IMG/VR virus record: IMGVR_UViG_3300004097_003605 | Location: 610-64,609 of that record | Direction: 5' to 3' (one strand) | DNA length: 64,000 bases | Source: a virus | Shown here: one piece after another, positions 36,068-46,200 of the stretch | Numbering within the stretch: the first letter of the stretch is position 1 | Layout: each line of letters starts with the position of its first letter | Notes under the pieces: generated by a model | The model's input: the letters and a program-made list of their open reading frames with translations, nothing else | The model's database searches: none | What the model was told of the DNA's origin: nothing | Position numbers and translations under genes: made by a program

Positions 36068-39000
36068 ATGACAATCGTGAATGGAGCCGCGACGCTGCTG
36101 GCCGATCTGACGCGACTTGGAATCCGTCTGGAACCGCGCGGCAGTCGACTGGCGTACTTCCCGCAGTCGCGGATGACGCCCGACCTGCTGTCCCGACTGG
36201 GACAATACAAATCGGAACTGTTGCCACTGCTGAACGGAACGTCGGTCGTCGCACGGACGCCGAAAGAGCAGAAGGCGGAGTCCCCGGTTGTCAGCACGGT
36301 CGCAACCGTTGACGTGACAGCGCCCGTCTCGGTGATCATCACCTGCCACAACTACGCGCGGTACCTGGAATCGGCGATCCTCAGCGTCCTCGGCCAGACT
36401 CAGCGGCCGACCGAAATTATCGTGGTCGACGACGCGAGCACAGATCACACGAAAGATGTAGCGGCCCTGTTTGCACGCGAGGGCGTCGAATATATCCGCG
36501 TGGAGCATCGCAGTACTCACCTGGCCCGACTGGCGGGCTTCAACCGGGCGCACGGTGAATTCGTCCTGTTCGTCGACGCCGACAACCTGCTCTCACGCGA
36601 GTTCATCGAACATGGACTGGCTGCATTTGACGCCAGTGACATCGGTGCTGTGTACGGAAACGTCGAGCGTTTCGGGATCGATACGGGCCGGACGAATCGT
36701 CCTGCGGAGTTACCGCGTGAAGACATTTTCCGTGCGGCACTCGGTGATTGCTCTGCGATCATCCGCCGTAACGCACTGGTCTCCGCGGCAGCGTGGGACC
36801 GCACGCTGCCGGCGGAAATTCCGGCTCAGGCTTATGTCTATCAGAAACTTGCCCGGCTCGGCTGGAAGTTCCACCGTCACGACGGCGTGCTCCGCATCCG
36901 CACGCACGCCGGTCAGCAACACCGACGATTCGCCGATCAGCGAGCCGAGTATTTCGTCCGAGAGGCACTTTCGCTGCAGGACGTGACACTGTTTATCCCG
37001 CTCGCCGGGCGACACTTCGCCTGGGACCGAATGAGTGACTTTCTGCAGCAGCAGGTCTGGCCGCATCCGCAGACGCATCTGATCTTGTGCGACACCAGCC
37101 AGAACCGACGATTCAGCGATCGCATTCGCGACTGGATCCGGCAGTGCGATTATCCGGACGTGCGACACATGATGTGTGCGCCGGGCCCGGCAGGTCTGGC
37201 TGACCGCGTACGCGGCGGCGGAACGGACGCGATCCGTTACCTCAACGAGGTCATGTGTCGCATCGCCAACCGCCTGCGGGCGACGGTCGATACCGAGTAC
37301 ACGTGGGTCCTCGAAGACGACGTGATCCCGTCGCCAGATGTGCTGCCGCGACTGATGCGGCATTTCCGCGAGAACGTCGGCACGGTCTCTGCGCCGTACC
37401 GGTCGCGTCAGGACGGACAGTACTACGTGTGGGATCGCGATCTCGGCAAAACGCCAGGCGTGCATCGCATTAACCGTCCTGAAGCAGATCGTCCTCAGAC
37501 GCAGGACGTTCGTGGCACGGGATTCGGCTGCGTGGTGATGCGGAGCGATCTGCTGCGGAAGCACGTCTTCTCGATCCCACGCGGCGAACTCTGCTTTGAC
37601 GTCCACTTCTTCCGCACACTGGAATCCCGCTGGCGACGCATCTGCGACTGGACATGCGAAGCCGAACACCTCTCCGCACCGAACAGTAGCCCGAAGAGAC
37701 GCAAGGAGAAGTTCCCGGATCCGGTGTGGTTCCGGCAGGCAACGATGCGTCGCAGTGACTGGACACTGGATGAACTCTACAAACTGGTCAGCGGCACGTT
37801 CTCCGACATCAGCGAGCACTGTTCGACACTGAAAGAACTTGCCTCTCAGTGTGATCACGTCACGGAACTCGGCACGCGTTACGGCATCTCGACCGTCGCT
37901 CTGCTGGCCGGACAGCCGGAGCAGTTCGTGAGCTGCGACCTGCACCGGCAGCCGACAATCGGCGTCATCGAATCAGTCACCGGTGAGACGAAGTTCCGCT
38001 TCATGGAAGGCGACAGCAGGCGGATCGATCTTGAGGAAACCGATCTGCTCTTCATCGACACGCTGCATGAGTACGACCAGCTCCGAGCGGAACTGGCCCG
38101 TCACTCGGCCAAGGTCCGCAAGTGGATCGTGCTGCACGACACCGAGTCATTCCGCACCGAAGGCGAAGCTGGCGGGCGTGGTCTGTGGCCGGCTGTTGAA
38201 GAGTTCGTTCGCAATGGCCAGTGGCGGATCGCGAAACATCACGAGAACAACAATGGTCTGACCGTTCTCGAACGGATCGTCCACACGCCCGGCGTGTCTC
38301 TGATCACTCCGACCGGCGATCGTCCCGAAGCCTTCGCGTTGTGCGTCAAATGGATGCAGCGGCAGCAGTGCGAGAAGGTCGGCCCGCTGCAATGGATCAT
38401 CGTCGATGACGGACGAAAGCCGATTGACCGTTCGCTGCTCTCAGCTCTGGATTCTGATCGCTGGACCATCCAGTACATCCGCCGGGAGCCGCTACCAAAA
38501 GATCCGGCGCACACGCTGTGTCTCAACATGCAGCTGGCGCTGCCACACATTGCTCGCGACAAAGTGCTGATTATCGAGGATGACGATTACTACGCCCCCG
38601 ACTACATCACCACGATGGCCAGCTGGCTCGACAAAGCCGACCTCGTTGGCGAAGTCGGAGCGAAATACTACTACCTCGATTCCCGCTCCTACTACCACTT
38701 CCGCGAACACCAGCACGCGAGCTGGTGCCGCACTGGCTTCCGTCCCTCGGTCATTCCCATTGTGTGGAAGGAAGCGGCCCGCACAAATCAGTGGTCGCTC
38801 GATCTACGGGTGTGGGAAGCATGGAGCGGCTCAAAGCACCCGTGGGTCGATGAGTCTGGCAGCCGTGCTCTGTGCATCGGCATCAAGGGAGTCCCCGGTC
38901 GGGCCGGAGCGACCTGGAAGACCGGACGGGCCAGCTATGCCGATCCGGGTTTGAAGCAACTGAAAACATGGCTCGGTGATGACGCGACCGACTACGAACC

Positions 39001-39712
39001 ACTACTGACGAGCCGCCAGCGAGTGAAGGCTCCGTCGGCAAAGGTCGTTGTCTACACCGCGATCTTCGACGGCTACGACCGGTTGCTCACAGACCACGTC
39101 GTCAACGACGGCGTGAATTACGTTTGCTTCACGGATGCCGACATCAAAGAACCCGGCCCGTGGGAATTGAGACGAGTCGAACGCACTCAGAAATCCGCCC
39201 GCCGTGAGAACCGCCGCTACAAGCTGCTCTCGCACCGCTGGTTTCCGGATGCCGACTACACAATCTATTTCGACGGCTGCTCGCGGTTGCTGATCGATCC
39301 GGTCGACCTGGTCAACTACTGCGAGTCATGCGACCCGCAAATGGCCCGGCGTAACGAAGCGAAGCTGTTCACGTGCCGACACCCGGAACGCGACTGCCTC
39401 TATGCAGAGGCCGACGTCTGCATCCGCACACGGCGCGATGATCCGGACACGATCCGCAGGCAGATCGAGCGATACCGCAAGGAAGCCTTCCCCGAGCATG
39501 CCGGTCTGCCGCACGGCGGCTTACTCATCCGTAAACGCGGCTGCGAGTTCTTCAATCAATGCTGGTGGGATGAGGTCATGGCAGACTCGTGCCGCGACCA
39601 GATCAGCTTTCCGTATGCCGTCCGTCGATCAGGCATCGGTCACGTGCTGCTGCCCGAGCCCATTGAAAAGTTCACCGAACGGCTGCGGCACGCGCAGCCG
39701 TATCACATCTGA
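36068..39712 (+). CDS. Multidomain glycosyltransferase: TubC_N-like + GT2 + GT2-like + methyltransferase + GT2-like + DUF616
   Basis: AGGAGGG RBS before ATG 36068; VSVIITCHNY..VVDDAS..FVDADN; VLEDDV; TELGTRYGIST..LLFIDTLH..LHDT; IIEDDDYY; RRYKLLSH..YFDG..RDQISFPY. Confidence 0.85.
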   Translation: MTIVNGAATLLADLTRLGIRLEPRGSRLAYFPQSRMTPDLLSRLGQYKSELLPLLNGTSVVARTPKEQKAESPVVSTVATVDVTAPVSVIITCHNYARYLESAILSVLGQTQRPTEIIVVDDASTDHTKDVAALFAREGVEYIRVEHRSTHLARLAGFNRAHGEFVLFVDADNLLSREFIEHGLAAFDASDIGAVYGNVERFGIDTGRTNRPAELPREDIFRAALGDCSAIIRRNALVSAAAWDRTLPAEIPAQAYVYQKLARLGWKFHRHDGVLRIRTHAGQQHRRFADQRAEYFVREALSLQDVTLFIPLAGRHFAWDRMSDFLQQQVWPHPQTHLILCDTSQNRRFSDRIRDWIRQCDYPDVRHMMCAPGPAGLADRVRGGGTDAIRYLNEVMCRIANRLRATVDTEYTWVLEDDVIPSPDVLPRLMRHFRENVGTVSAPYRSRQDGQYYVWDRDLGKTPGVHRINRPEADRPQTQDVRGTGFGCVVMRSDLLRKHVFSIPRGELCFDVHFFRTLESRWRRICDWTCEAEHLSAPNSSPKRRKEKFPDPVWFRQATMRRSDWTLDELYKLVSGTFSDISEHCSTLKELASQCDHVTELGTRYGISTVALLAGQPEQFVSCDLHRQPTIGVIESVTGETKFRFMEGDSRRIDLEETDLLFIDTLHEYDQLRAELARHSAKVRKWIVLHDTESFRTEGEAGGRGLWPAVEEFVRNGQWRIAKHHENNNGLTVLERIVHTPGVSLITPTGDRPEAFALCVKWMQRQQCEKVGPLQWIIVDDGRKPIDRSLLSALDSDRWTIQYIRREPLPKDPAHTLCLNMQLALPHIARDKVLIIEDDDYYAPDYITTMASWLDKADLVGEVGAKYYYLDSRSYYHFREHQHASWCRTGFRPSVIPIVWKEAARTNQWSLDLRVWEAWSGSKHPWVDESGSRALCIGIKGVPGRAGATWKTGRASYADPGLKQLKTWLGDDATDYEPLLTSRQRVKAPSAKVVVYTAIFDGYDRLLTDHVVNDGVNYVCFTDADIKEPGPWELRRVERTQKSARRENRRYKLLSHRWFPDADYTIYFDGCSRLLIDPVDLVNYCESCDPQMARRNEAKLFTCRHPERDCLYAEADVCIRTRRDDPDTIRRQIERYRKEAFPEHAGLPHGGLLIRKRGCEFFNQCWWDEVMADSCRDQISFPYAVRRSGIGHVLLPEPIEKFTERLRHAQPYHI

Positions 39713-39727
39713 AAGGATCACGCAGGG

Positions 39728-41611
39728 ATGCAGGTCTCCGTCATTATCACCTCTCACAACTATGGTCACTTCCTCGAACCGGCGATCCTCAGCGTCCTCG
39801 CGCAGACAACGCGGCCGCACGAGATTCTCGTCGTCGATGATTCGAGCACGGACAACACCCGCGAGGTCGCCGAAGGTTTCGCCGACCGGGGCGTGAAGCA
39901 TCTGCGACTGGAAACCGGTAGCGTTCACAAGGCCCGCCGTGCCGGCGTGAAGCAGACGTCGGGCGATGTCGTGCTGTTTCTTGACGCCGACAACTGCCTG
40001 GCACCGGATTACATCGAGTGCGGCCTCAAAGAATTTGTCAGTCTGAAAGTTGGCGTGGTCTACGCGGACCTGCAGCGTTTCGGCCAGTACGACCACGACC
40101 GCACCAACTTCCCGGCGTTCACTCGCGGACGGTTACTGCGGTTCAACTTCGTCGATGCCTGCGCTCTGGTGCGTCGCGACGCTCTCGAAGTCTGCAATGC
40201 ATGGGACACCGCGTTCGATGACTTCCTCACGCCAGAAGACGACTGGATGTTTCAGTGTCTGGCTCGAGACGGATGGGAGTTCCGCAAGCAGAAAGGACTC
40301 GTCTGGTATCGAACTCACGACGGCCAGAAGAACCGCCGGGCGTTTGGCGAGCGCAAGAGAGCAGGCTATTTCATTTTGCGGGGCCTGCATCTGCAGCAGG
40401 TGACACTATTCATCCCACTGGCCGGACGCGACTACGCGTGGGCGGAGCAGAGTCGGTTCCTGGAACGGCAGGCCTGGCCGCACGACCGTATCCGGTTGAT
40501 TCTGTGCGACACGAGCCAGAACCCGGAATTCACTCGAAAGGTCCGCCAGTGGATCGCGTCCTGCGATTACACCGATATCCGTCACTTCCAGTTCGCACCC
40601 GATCGCGCGGGCATTGCGGACGAGTCCCGTTACGACCGGCAGATTGAACACGACGTCCAGGTCGCGATGTGCCGTATTTACAACCGGCTGCGGGCGGCCA
40701 TCGACACCGATTACGTGTGGGTACTCGAGGACGACATCATTCCGCCGGACGATGCCCTCGAACGCCTCATGAAACATTTCAGCCGGGACGTGGCCTGCGT
40801 CGGAGCACCCTATCCGTCCCGCTGGGATCCACAGTACGTCGTGTGGAACGCCGACCGAAAGCCTGGTCAAAAGGGTGTGCATCGTGCCTTGAAGCCAGCT
40901 GATGGCGAACCACAGGTGCAGCAGGTCCGAGGCATGGGCTTCGGCTGCACGGTCTTTCGTTCTGAAGTCCTGCTCGATCACATCTTCCGCATGCCACGCG
41001 GCGAGCCTTATTACGATCCCTACTTCTATCGCAGCCTGCCCGATACATGGAAACGGATCTGCGACTGGTCCTGCGAAGCACAGCACCTTGGTCCGCGCGG
41101 ACGCGGGGCTCAGGCGTATTGGGAAGGTCGCAAAGATCTGAGGTACTACCGTCAGGCTGTCGATCTGGCTCGGAAGCATGCCCCTGAAGCGACGTCACTG
41201 CTCGACGTCGGTGGCGGAGTGAGTCTCGGCTGCCGTTACCTGGAGTGGTTCGACTGGATCACCGATCGCGTGTCCGTCGAACGAAACGACGGTGACTACA
41301 CGCTTGACGGTGTCCAGGTTGAATTTGCCGACTTCTCGGTCTGGCAATCAACAAAACGCTTCGATGTTGTGATGGCTTTGCAGGTACTGGAGCATCAGCC
41401 TGACCCGGCTTCCTTCGCGCAGAAACTGCTGGCCACTGGCGGGATCATGATCATCAGCGTGCCTTATCGCTGGCTGGCTGGTTCGTGTGGCGATCACCGG
41501 CATGATCCCATTGACGAAGCGAAGCTCCATCAATGGTTCGGCTGTGAGCCACTCGAATCAAACATTGAGGACACTCGTCTGGTCGCTGTCTACAAAGGGG
41601 TGGCCGGATGA
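39728..41611 (+). CDS. GT2 + GT2-like + SAM methyltransferase
   Basis: VSVIITSHNY..FLDADN; VLEDDI; LLDVGGG..QVLEH. Confidence 0.87.
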   Translation: MQVSVIITSHNYGHFLEPAILSVLAQTTRPHEILVVDDSSTDNTREVAEGFADRGVKHLRLETGSVHKARRAGVKQTSGDVVLFLDADNCLAPDYIECGLKEFVSLKVGVVYADLQRFGQYDHDRTNFPAFTRGRLLRFNFVDACALVRRDALEVCNAWDTAFDDFLTPEDDWMFQCLARDGWEFRKQKGLVWYRTHDGQKNRRAFGERKRAGYFILRGLHLQQVTLFIPLAGRDYAWAEQSRFLERQAWPHDRIRLILCDTSQNPEFTRKVRQWIASCDYTDIRHFQFAPDRAGIADESRYDRQIEHDVQVAMCRIYNRLRAAIDTDYVWVLEDDIIPPDDALERLMKHFSRDVACVGAPYPSRWDPQYVVWNADRKPGQKGVHRALKPADGEPQVQQVRGMGFGCTVFRSEVLLDHIFRMPRGEPYYDPYFYRSLPDTWKRICDWSCEAQHLGPRGRGAQAYWEGRKDLRYYRQAVDLARKHAPEATSLLDVGGGVSLGCRYLEWFDWITDRVSVERNDGDYTLDGVQVEFADFSVWQSTKRFDVVMALQVLEHQPDPASFAQKLLATGGIMIISVPYRWLAGSCGDHRHDPIDEAKLHQWFGCEPLESNIEDTRLVAVYKGVAG

Positions 41612-42216
41612 CGAACGAACAACTCACCCAGCGTCGGGCGTTGTGGGATGCGTACCTGAAAGAGCACCAGCCCAACGCATCGGTCGCACATCACCTGCAG
41701 CGAATGCTGTTCGCCTACACTCGGTATCCCGAGGCTGAATCGGCTTTGAGTCACTTGCCATGCGCTGGAAGCCATGTCCTCGACTTCGGCTGCGGCGTCG
41801 GTGACTACGGAGTCTCGTTCGCCCGACGTAGTTGGACTGTCACCTTCTGCGACGTCCCGGACGTCCTGAAGTTCGCGAGGTTCCGCTGCAGGCACGAAAC
41901 GATCAATGCCGAGTTCATCGAGTCACCGACCGAGTTCCACGGTTTCGATGCTGTCGTCTTCGGCGAAGTTCTCGAACACCTGACAAACCCGCTGGAACTG
42001 CTCACCGCCTGCATCCAGCAAGTCCGCTGGATCGTCACGTCGAGCTACCCGCTTCCGCACAGTGACGAGTACTGGACCCGCTACCCGGATCACACCGATG
42101 AAGCCCGTCAGCAGCAATCGGCCTGCCTGAGCCTGCTGCGATCGCACTGCGAATGCAGCCGGACCAGCGGAATGCTCTGCGTCTGGAAGAACCGCTCACT
42201 GCCGGAGCCTGAGTAG
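41608..42216 (+). CDS. Class I SAM-dependent methyltransferase
   Basis: VLDFGCGVG, FDAVVFGEVLEHL. Confidence 0.88.
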   Translation: MTNEQLTQRRALWDAYLKEHQPNASVAHHLQRMLFAYTRYPEAESALSHLPCAGSHVLDFGCGVGDYGVSFARRSWTVTFCDVPDVLKFARFRCRHETINAEFIESPTEFHGFDAVVFGEVLEHLTNPLELLTACIQQVRWIVTSSYPLPHSDEYWTRYPDHTDEARQQQSACLSLLRSHCECSRTSGMLCVWKNRSLPEPE

Positions 42217-42903
42217 ATGGCCGACCTGACGCTGATCACCTGCACGGCCGACCGGCCGGAAGCCTTCCATCTATGCGAACGCTGGATGGCACGGCAGACG
42301 TATCGAGGCTCCATTCAATGGATCGTCGCTGACGGCGGTGAGAAACCCGCGAATTGCACCCGAGGTCAACAGCACCTGATCCTCGGCCCCGAACCCGACC
42401 CGCTGAAGAACTTCCGCCGAAACCTGACCGTCGCCCTGGAGCACGTCGAGTCCCGGATGATCGCGTTCATCGAAGACGACGACTGGTATGCCCCCGACTG
42501 GCTAGAAGCTGTAACCGGTTGGCTCACCAACGCCGACATCGCCGGCGAAATCCCGGCCCGATACTACAACGTCGCGTCACGTCGTTACCACGAGCATGCC
42601 AACGGCACGCACGCGTCCCTGTGTCAGACCGCGATGCGTTCGTCGCTGCTTTGGAGTCTTCTGACTGCAATCGGGCATGATCGGGGACCTTTTGTTGATC
42701 GCACGCTATGGGACCAGGTTGCTGCAACGAAGCGTCAGCGACTTGAGCGATCTTGCCGCGTGATTGGCATGAAAGGTGTTATAGGTCGCGTTGGCCTTGG
42801 GCTTGGCCATGCTGATCACCACTTCGGATCCAGCGATCCAGATAGAGCAACTCTTGACCGCTGGATGAGTTGCGATGCCGGTCTGTTCTTTCCGAAAACT
42901 TGA
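42217..42903 (+). CDS. GT2-like glycosyltransferase
   Basis: LITCTADRPEAF..FIEDDDWY; paralogous to the third GT domain of the 36068 gene. Confidence 0.8.
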   Translation: MADLTLITCTADRPEAFHLCERWMARQTYRGSIQWIVADGGEKPANCTRGQQHLILGPEPDPLKNFRRNLTVALEHVESRMIAFIEDDDWYAPDWLEAVTGWLTNADIAGEIPARYYNVASRRYHEHANGTHASLCQTAMRSSLLWSLLTAIGHDRGPFVDRTLWDQVAATKRQRLERSCRVIGMKGVIGRVGLGLGHADHHFGSSDPDRATLDRWMSCDAGLFFPKT

Positions 42904-43254
42904 TTCCTGCACGCGGCTGTTTGCTGCACGGTAGCAACCATACACTCTGATTTGCCCTAAGCACAAAGAGAATTGCGGTAGTGGCACGCAGTCGAATTCG
43001 GGTCTCCTGAACTGGCCACAACGATCTACTTGGGCTGGCTGCTGATACTACTGCTTAACAACAAAATATCATTCTCGAATCGGATTAATCGTGCGCTGCT
43101 CGAAACCATCGACAGACGGGTTTTAGAGTGATGCCGTGTCGCGAAACTTCGACGGGCAACCATCCCGTCCGCTTCCAACGACGCTATGTCGCTATCAAAA
43201 AGCAAAGGGGCCTATAATGCTGTCTTCAGAACTCGTTGCAGGCGACATACGTAA

Positions 43255-46200
43255 TCATCGCCAAGCGTCCTCGAATTCATTCAAATCGATTTCGAACCAG
43301 ACTCCGTGCGATTGCTTTCGGCAATTGGACGTAAATCCATACAGGCCATGCCCAAGTAAAACCTTGTAATGCTGCTTAGTAGCACCGTCTATAGTTTCAA
43401 CATAGAGCGGCCGGTCATGCTCTTCGAAGAATGCATGCTCGAGCGCGATTTCAAGATTCAAGTGCTTCAAGTCACGTCTTAGCCGCGAAACTTCTGCTTG
43501 TTGTTCATCATCACTTCCGAAATTTCCTTTGCCAATTCGCTGCAGTCTTGCAGTTTGTATGTGCACATTAGAGTTGTCGCTCCCCCGTAGGGCCCGGAGA
43601 AACAGCTCGACTGCAAACACTTGGTGAGGCCCACTCATAATGTGTGGGTCGACAATCAATACTCGGCTTACACGATGCAATAGAATCTGTCCGAGGTAGT
43701 CGGTCGCCATCGGATTATGGCCTGTTCCTCCCTGAAGCGTGAATGCATGAAAATGACGTGATTCAGGTAGCGTCGCGACTGACCAACTGAGGTCAGACTT
43801 AACATCCGAATATGCATCCAATTCACGTCCAATTCGGCTGCACGAGGCTGATTGCAATCCGCTGCCGAGTTTCTCACTCGCGGGCCATTTCCAAACGACC
43901 AATGGCTGCTTGCCCTCGCCATCAATCACGATTGATGAGACATCAGGCTGTGCGTTGCCCGGCGATTCGACCGTTACGCCAAGTTCATTTAGCTCAGAGA
44001 GACGATTACGAGCGATATTGCGGTCCACTGCGTCAGCCCCCGCATCAACAGAACTAATTCTCAGAATGACGCCTGCTGGGCCAACGGGCGACATTGCCAC
44101 TTCCTTTATTACATCAAACCAGTCCTTGTGCAGTCCCGCAATTCGTCGTGGGACAAGTTCCGAAACAGTAAATACAACTCGCCCACGCGCCCCGCGTAGA
44201 GATGCAACAATCTCCCGCTCCGCCGATTTGCTTGGCGTTCGCCATGGAGATTCGCGCCCAGTGTCTGCAGCATCAATGAGACGATTCAGATATTGAAGAG
44301 GCTCACCTCGAGACAGCTGTTCGTGGCTAAATTGATTCTGGTAGTCGCAAAGACAGCCGTAACAACCGACGCTATCTGGATCGCATTCACAACTTGCAAG
44401 TAGATCACGAGCTGCTCGTAAGACAGCATCGAGATCCCTCAAAATTCGTTGGCAATGTCCAGCACCTCCCGGAACAGTATCGTACAAGACGATGACCTGT
44501 TTTCCGGTTGACGGATACGTCGTCGCTGCGAGATCGGAACGCTCGATTCCCAATGACTGACACGCGCCATTTGTCAAAGCATATGCGAGGCTGAGCCAGA
44601 AGCCAGTTTCTGACAAAGAGTGTTCAGAACCATGAAATTGAAGTGTCACGACGTCGGTTTCATACTCGTGGCCCAGCGCCACACCCTCACCTGTAGTCTC
44701 AGGACCAACGCCAATCGGTCCACAACAGGAAGTGCCGCGTGTGTGATACGGAGCGCGATGCTTATTTGGCCTGTTTCGGGCTTGGTCAAAATGCGAACGG
44801 CCACATGTGCTGCAGATCACAAACCCATTTCGAAATTGATTAGAGTCCGAAGCACGAACGAATGATCCGAGATTGAGCACCAACAGGCTGCGTCCGGTCA
44901 AGTACTCAGCATCAACGCGGACCGGATCATCTGCCGTCGGAATCGTGTTCATCTGATCCACTGTTTGCGTCGCATCTGTTCCAAGGTGTTGGAGAAAGAA
45001 CGATCGCGTCGCATGGCTTCTACGTGGCCGGCGACGACGTGGCTCTTTACCTTTCTCTGATGCGTCGGTTACGAATCCCCACTTGGGATCTATCCATTGC
45101 ATTGGTGCGCTACGCGAGGGATCAAACGGATTTCCGCAGACCTTACACTCTGGGTCAATTCCGTCAGGAGAGTGAGCGTCTCGCCATGTTTCGAGTGAAT
45201 TGCATTGGTTACACCAACGGAACCAGTTCGTTCCATCAAACTCAAGAGCCGGGAACTTTCGAAGACCGATTGATCTGTGAACCCGTTTGCCAGCAACAAT
45301 CTCCGCGCCGGGGGCATATTCGGCAAGCGCTATTTTTCCATCACGTTCCAGACGCAACGCTCCCCGTTCATTTGGCTTGGCGCTAAACTCCTGGTGCGTG
45401 AGGTGGAGCTTTACGACGTTAATCGGAAATGCGAAACTCGGGAGAACCCCGTGTCCCATTAGGTACGAGATCAGGAACTCTCCTCGAGTTTGTTTCAGCA
45501 ACTTCTCGAAGGACCGGACGATCGAACGCTCACGATCTGCATCCTTGTTCCGCTCACTTTCAATTTTGCGGTTACTATCGCGAGAAGTTCGGGCCTGACC
45601 TTCGAAGTTTTTGGCCTCTTCCCTGTGCCGATCAATTTCCAAACGGAAACTTCGCAGGAGGCTCGTCGTCGTCTGAGTTGCAATTGCCAGCGGATTTCCA
45701 CTTGCTGGATCAGAGTTGGCGAACAGACTCATGAAGTCTAATGCATCCACTCGAGTAATGTCGGGGAAGGACTCAATTATCCGTTTTAGGCAGATATCGG
45801 AATTATTTGCTTCATCCAACCAGTTACGTAGATTATCAACTGGGGACTGCCCGGTGCTGGCAATCTGACTGTCAAAGAAATGGCCGACGGTTCCAGCACG
45901 CTCAAACGCGTTCAACTCTCCATCAATTTTTTGGACGTTCAACCATTCCCAGTACTCGGATAGTACTTCAGCGAAGCAGTGACGCTGGAGAATTTTTCGA
46001 TTATTAAGATCGAGAACTGGTGGTGTTACTTCACCATTTATTATTCGAACCGGGTCATCGAAATGGACTCGATCGTGTGGACGCCGCTGGCAGAATGTCA
46101 GGACGAATGCAACGGAATCCGCTCGGCGCCCCGCTCGACCGGCTCGTTGCACATAGTTCACTGTGCTTGGGGGGACATTTCTTAGGACAACCGCCTGCAG

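Larger units (their letters stand above)
3097..42903. mobile_element. Temperate siphovirus-like prophage integrating by a large serine recombinase (boundaries approximate)
   Basis: Contiguous integration, regulation, replication, packaging, head, neck, tail and tape-measure modules with tight gene coupling; att sites not identified. Confidence 0.9.

Noticed and set aside
36710-37945. 411-aa minus-strand ORF, and similar antisense ORFs such as 16317-17327, 25061-25942 and 33731-34609
   Set aside because: Antisense shadows of well-supported genes, expected in high-GC DNA.
42981-43000. TGGCACG resembling a sigma54 -24 box at the right prophage end
   Set aside because: No GC at the -12 position (TGGCACGCAGTCGAA).
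42903-43255. Search for attL/attR direct repeats against 2996-3096
   Set aside because: No shared repeat visible. Serine-integrase sites share only a very short core, so the ends cannot be fixed by eye.
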